From Octopus sinensis (Eukaryota): a stretch of 7,839 nucleotides of DNA. Both the position numbers and the translations under genes were made by a program. The stretch lies in the NCBI RefSeq assembly GCF_006345805.1, contig NW_021828725.1, positions 1 through 7,839 of the forward strand. The letters run 5' to 3'. The notes under the pieces were generated by a model. That model was not told where the DNA came from and did no database searches. It worked only from the letters and a program-made list of their open reading frames with translations. Positions 7,682 to 7,839 of this stretch are shown here, piece after piece (position 1 is the stretch's first letter; every line of letters starts with the position of its first letter).

Positions 7682-7839
7682 GATATATAATAATATATAT
7701 ATATATATAGATATACATATATATATATAGTATACATATATGTATATATATAGTGTGATATTATATATATATATAGATAATATAGATATATATATACATA
7801 TATAATATATATGTATACAATATATGTATATATATATGT
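7636..7839. repeat. (CA)n then imperfect (TA)n microsatellite running to the window end
   Basis: Visible directly. Confidence 0.95.

Overview
AT-rich, microsatellite-dense eukaryotic non-coding DNA (intron or intergenic). The tRNA-derived SINE at 1219-1410 and the density of (CA)/(TA)/(GATA) repeats suggest an octopus-like cephalopod genome; this is inference from recalled family similarity, not a database result. There is no intact protein-coding gene, and most ORF-track entries are translations of microsatellites. The window holds several decayed mobile elements: the 3' end of an L1/Tx1-type LINE abutting (AGAT)16, a tRNA-SINE, a ~1.1-kb non-autonomous Helitron (3' hairpin + CTAG|T) with an internal duplication and a 23-bp minisatellite, and a Tc1 transposase fragment joined to a decayed RTE LINE fragment through a 14-nt overlap readable as either element. 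The best host-gene leads are two + strand candidate microexons (2210-2238, and 2806-2835 inside the Helitron). I cannot support a wholly new biological system from this sequence alone.
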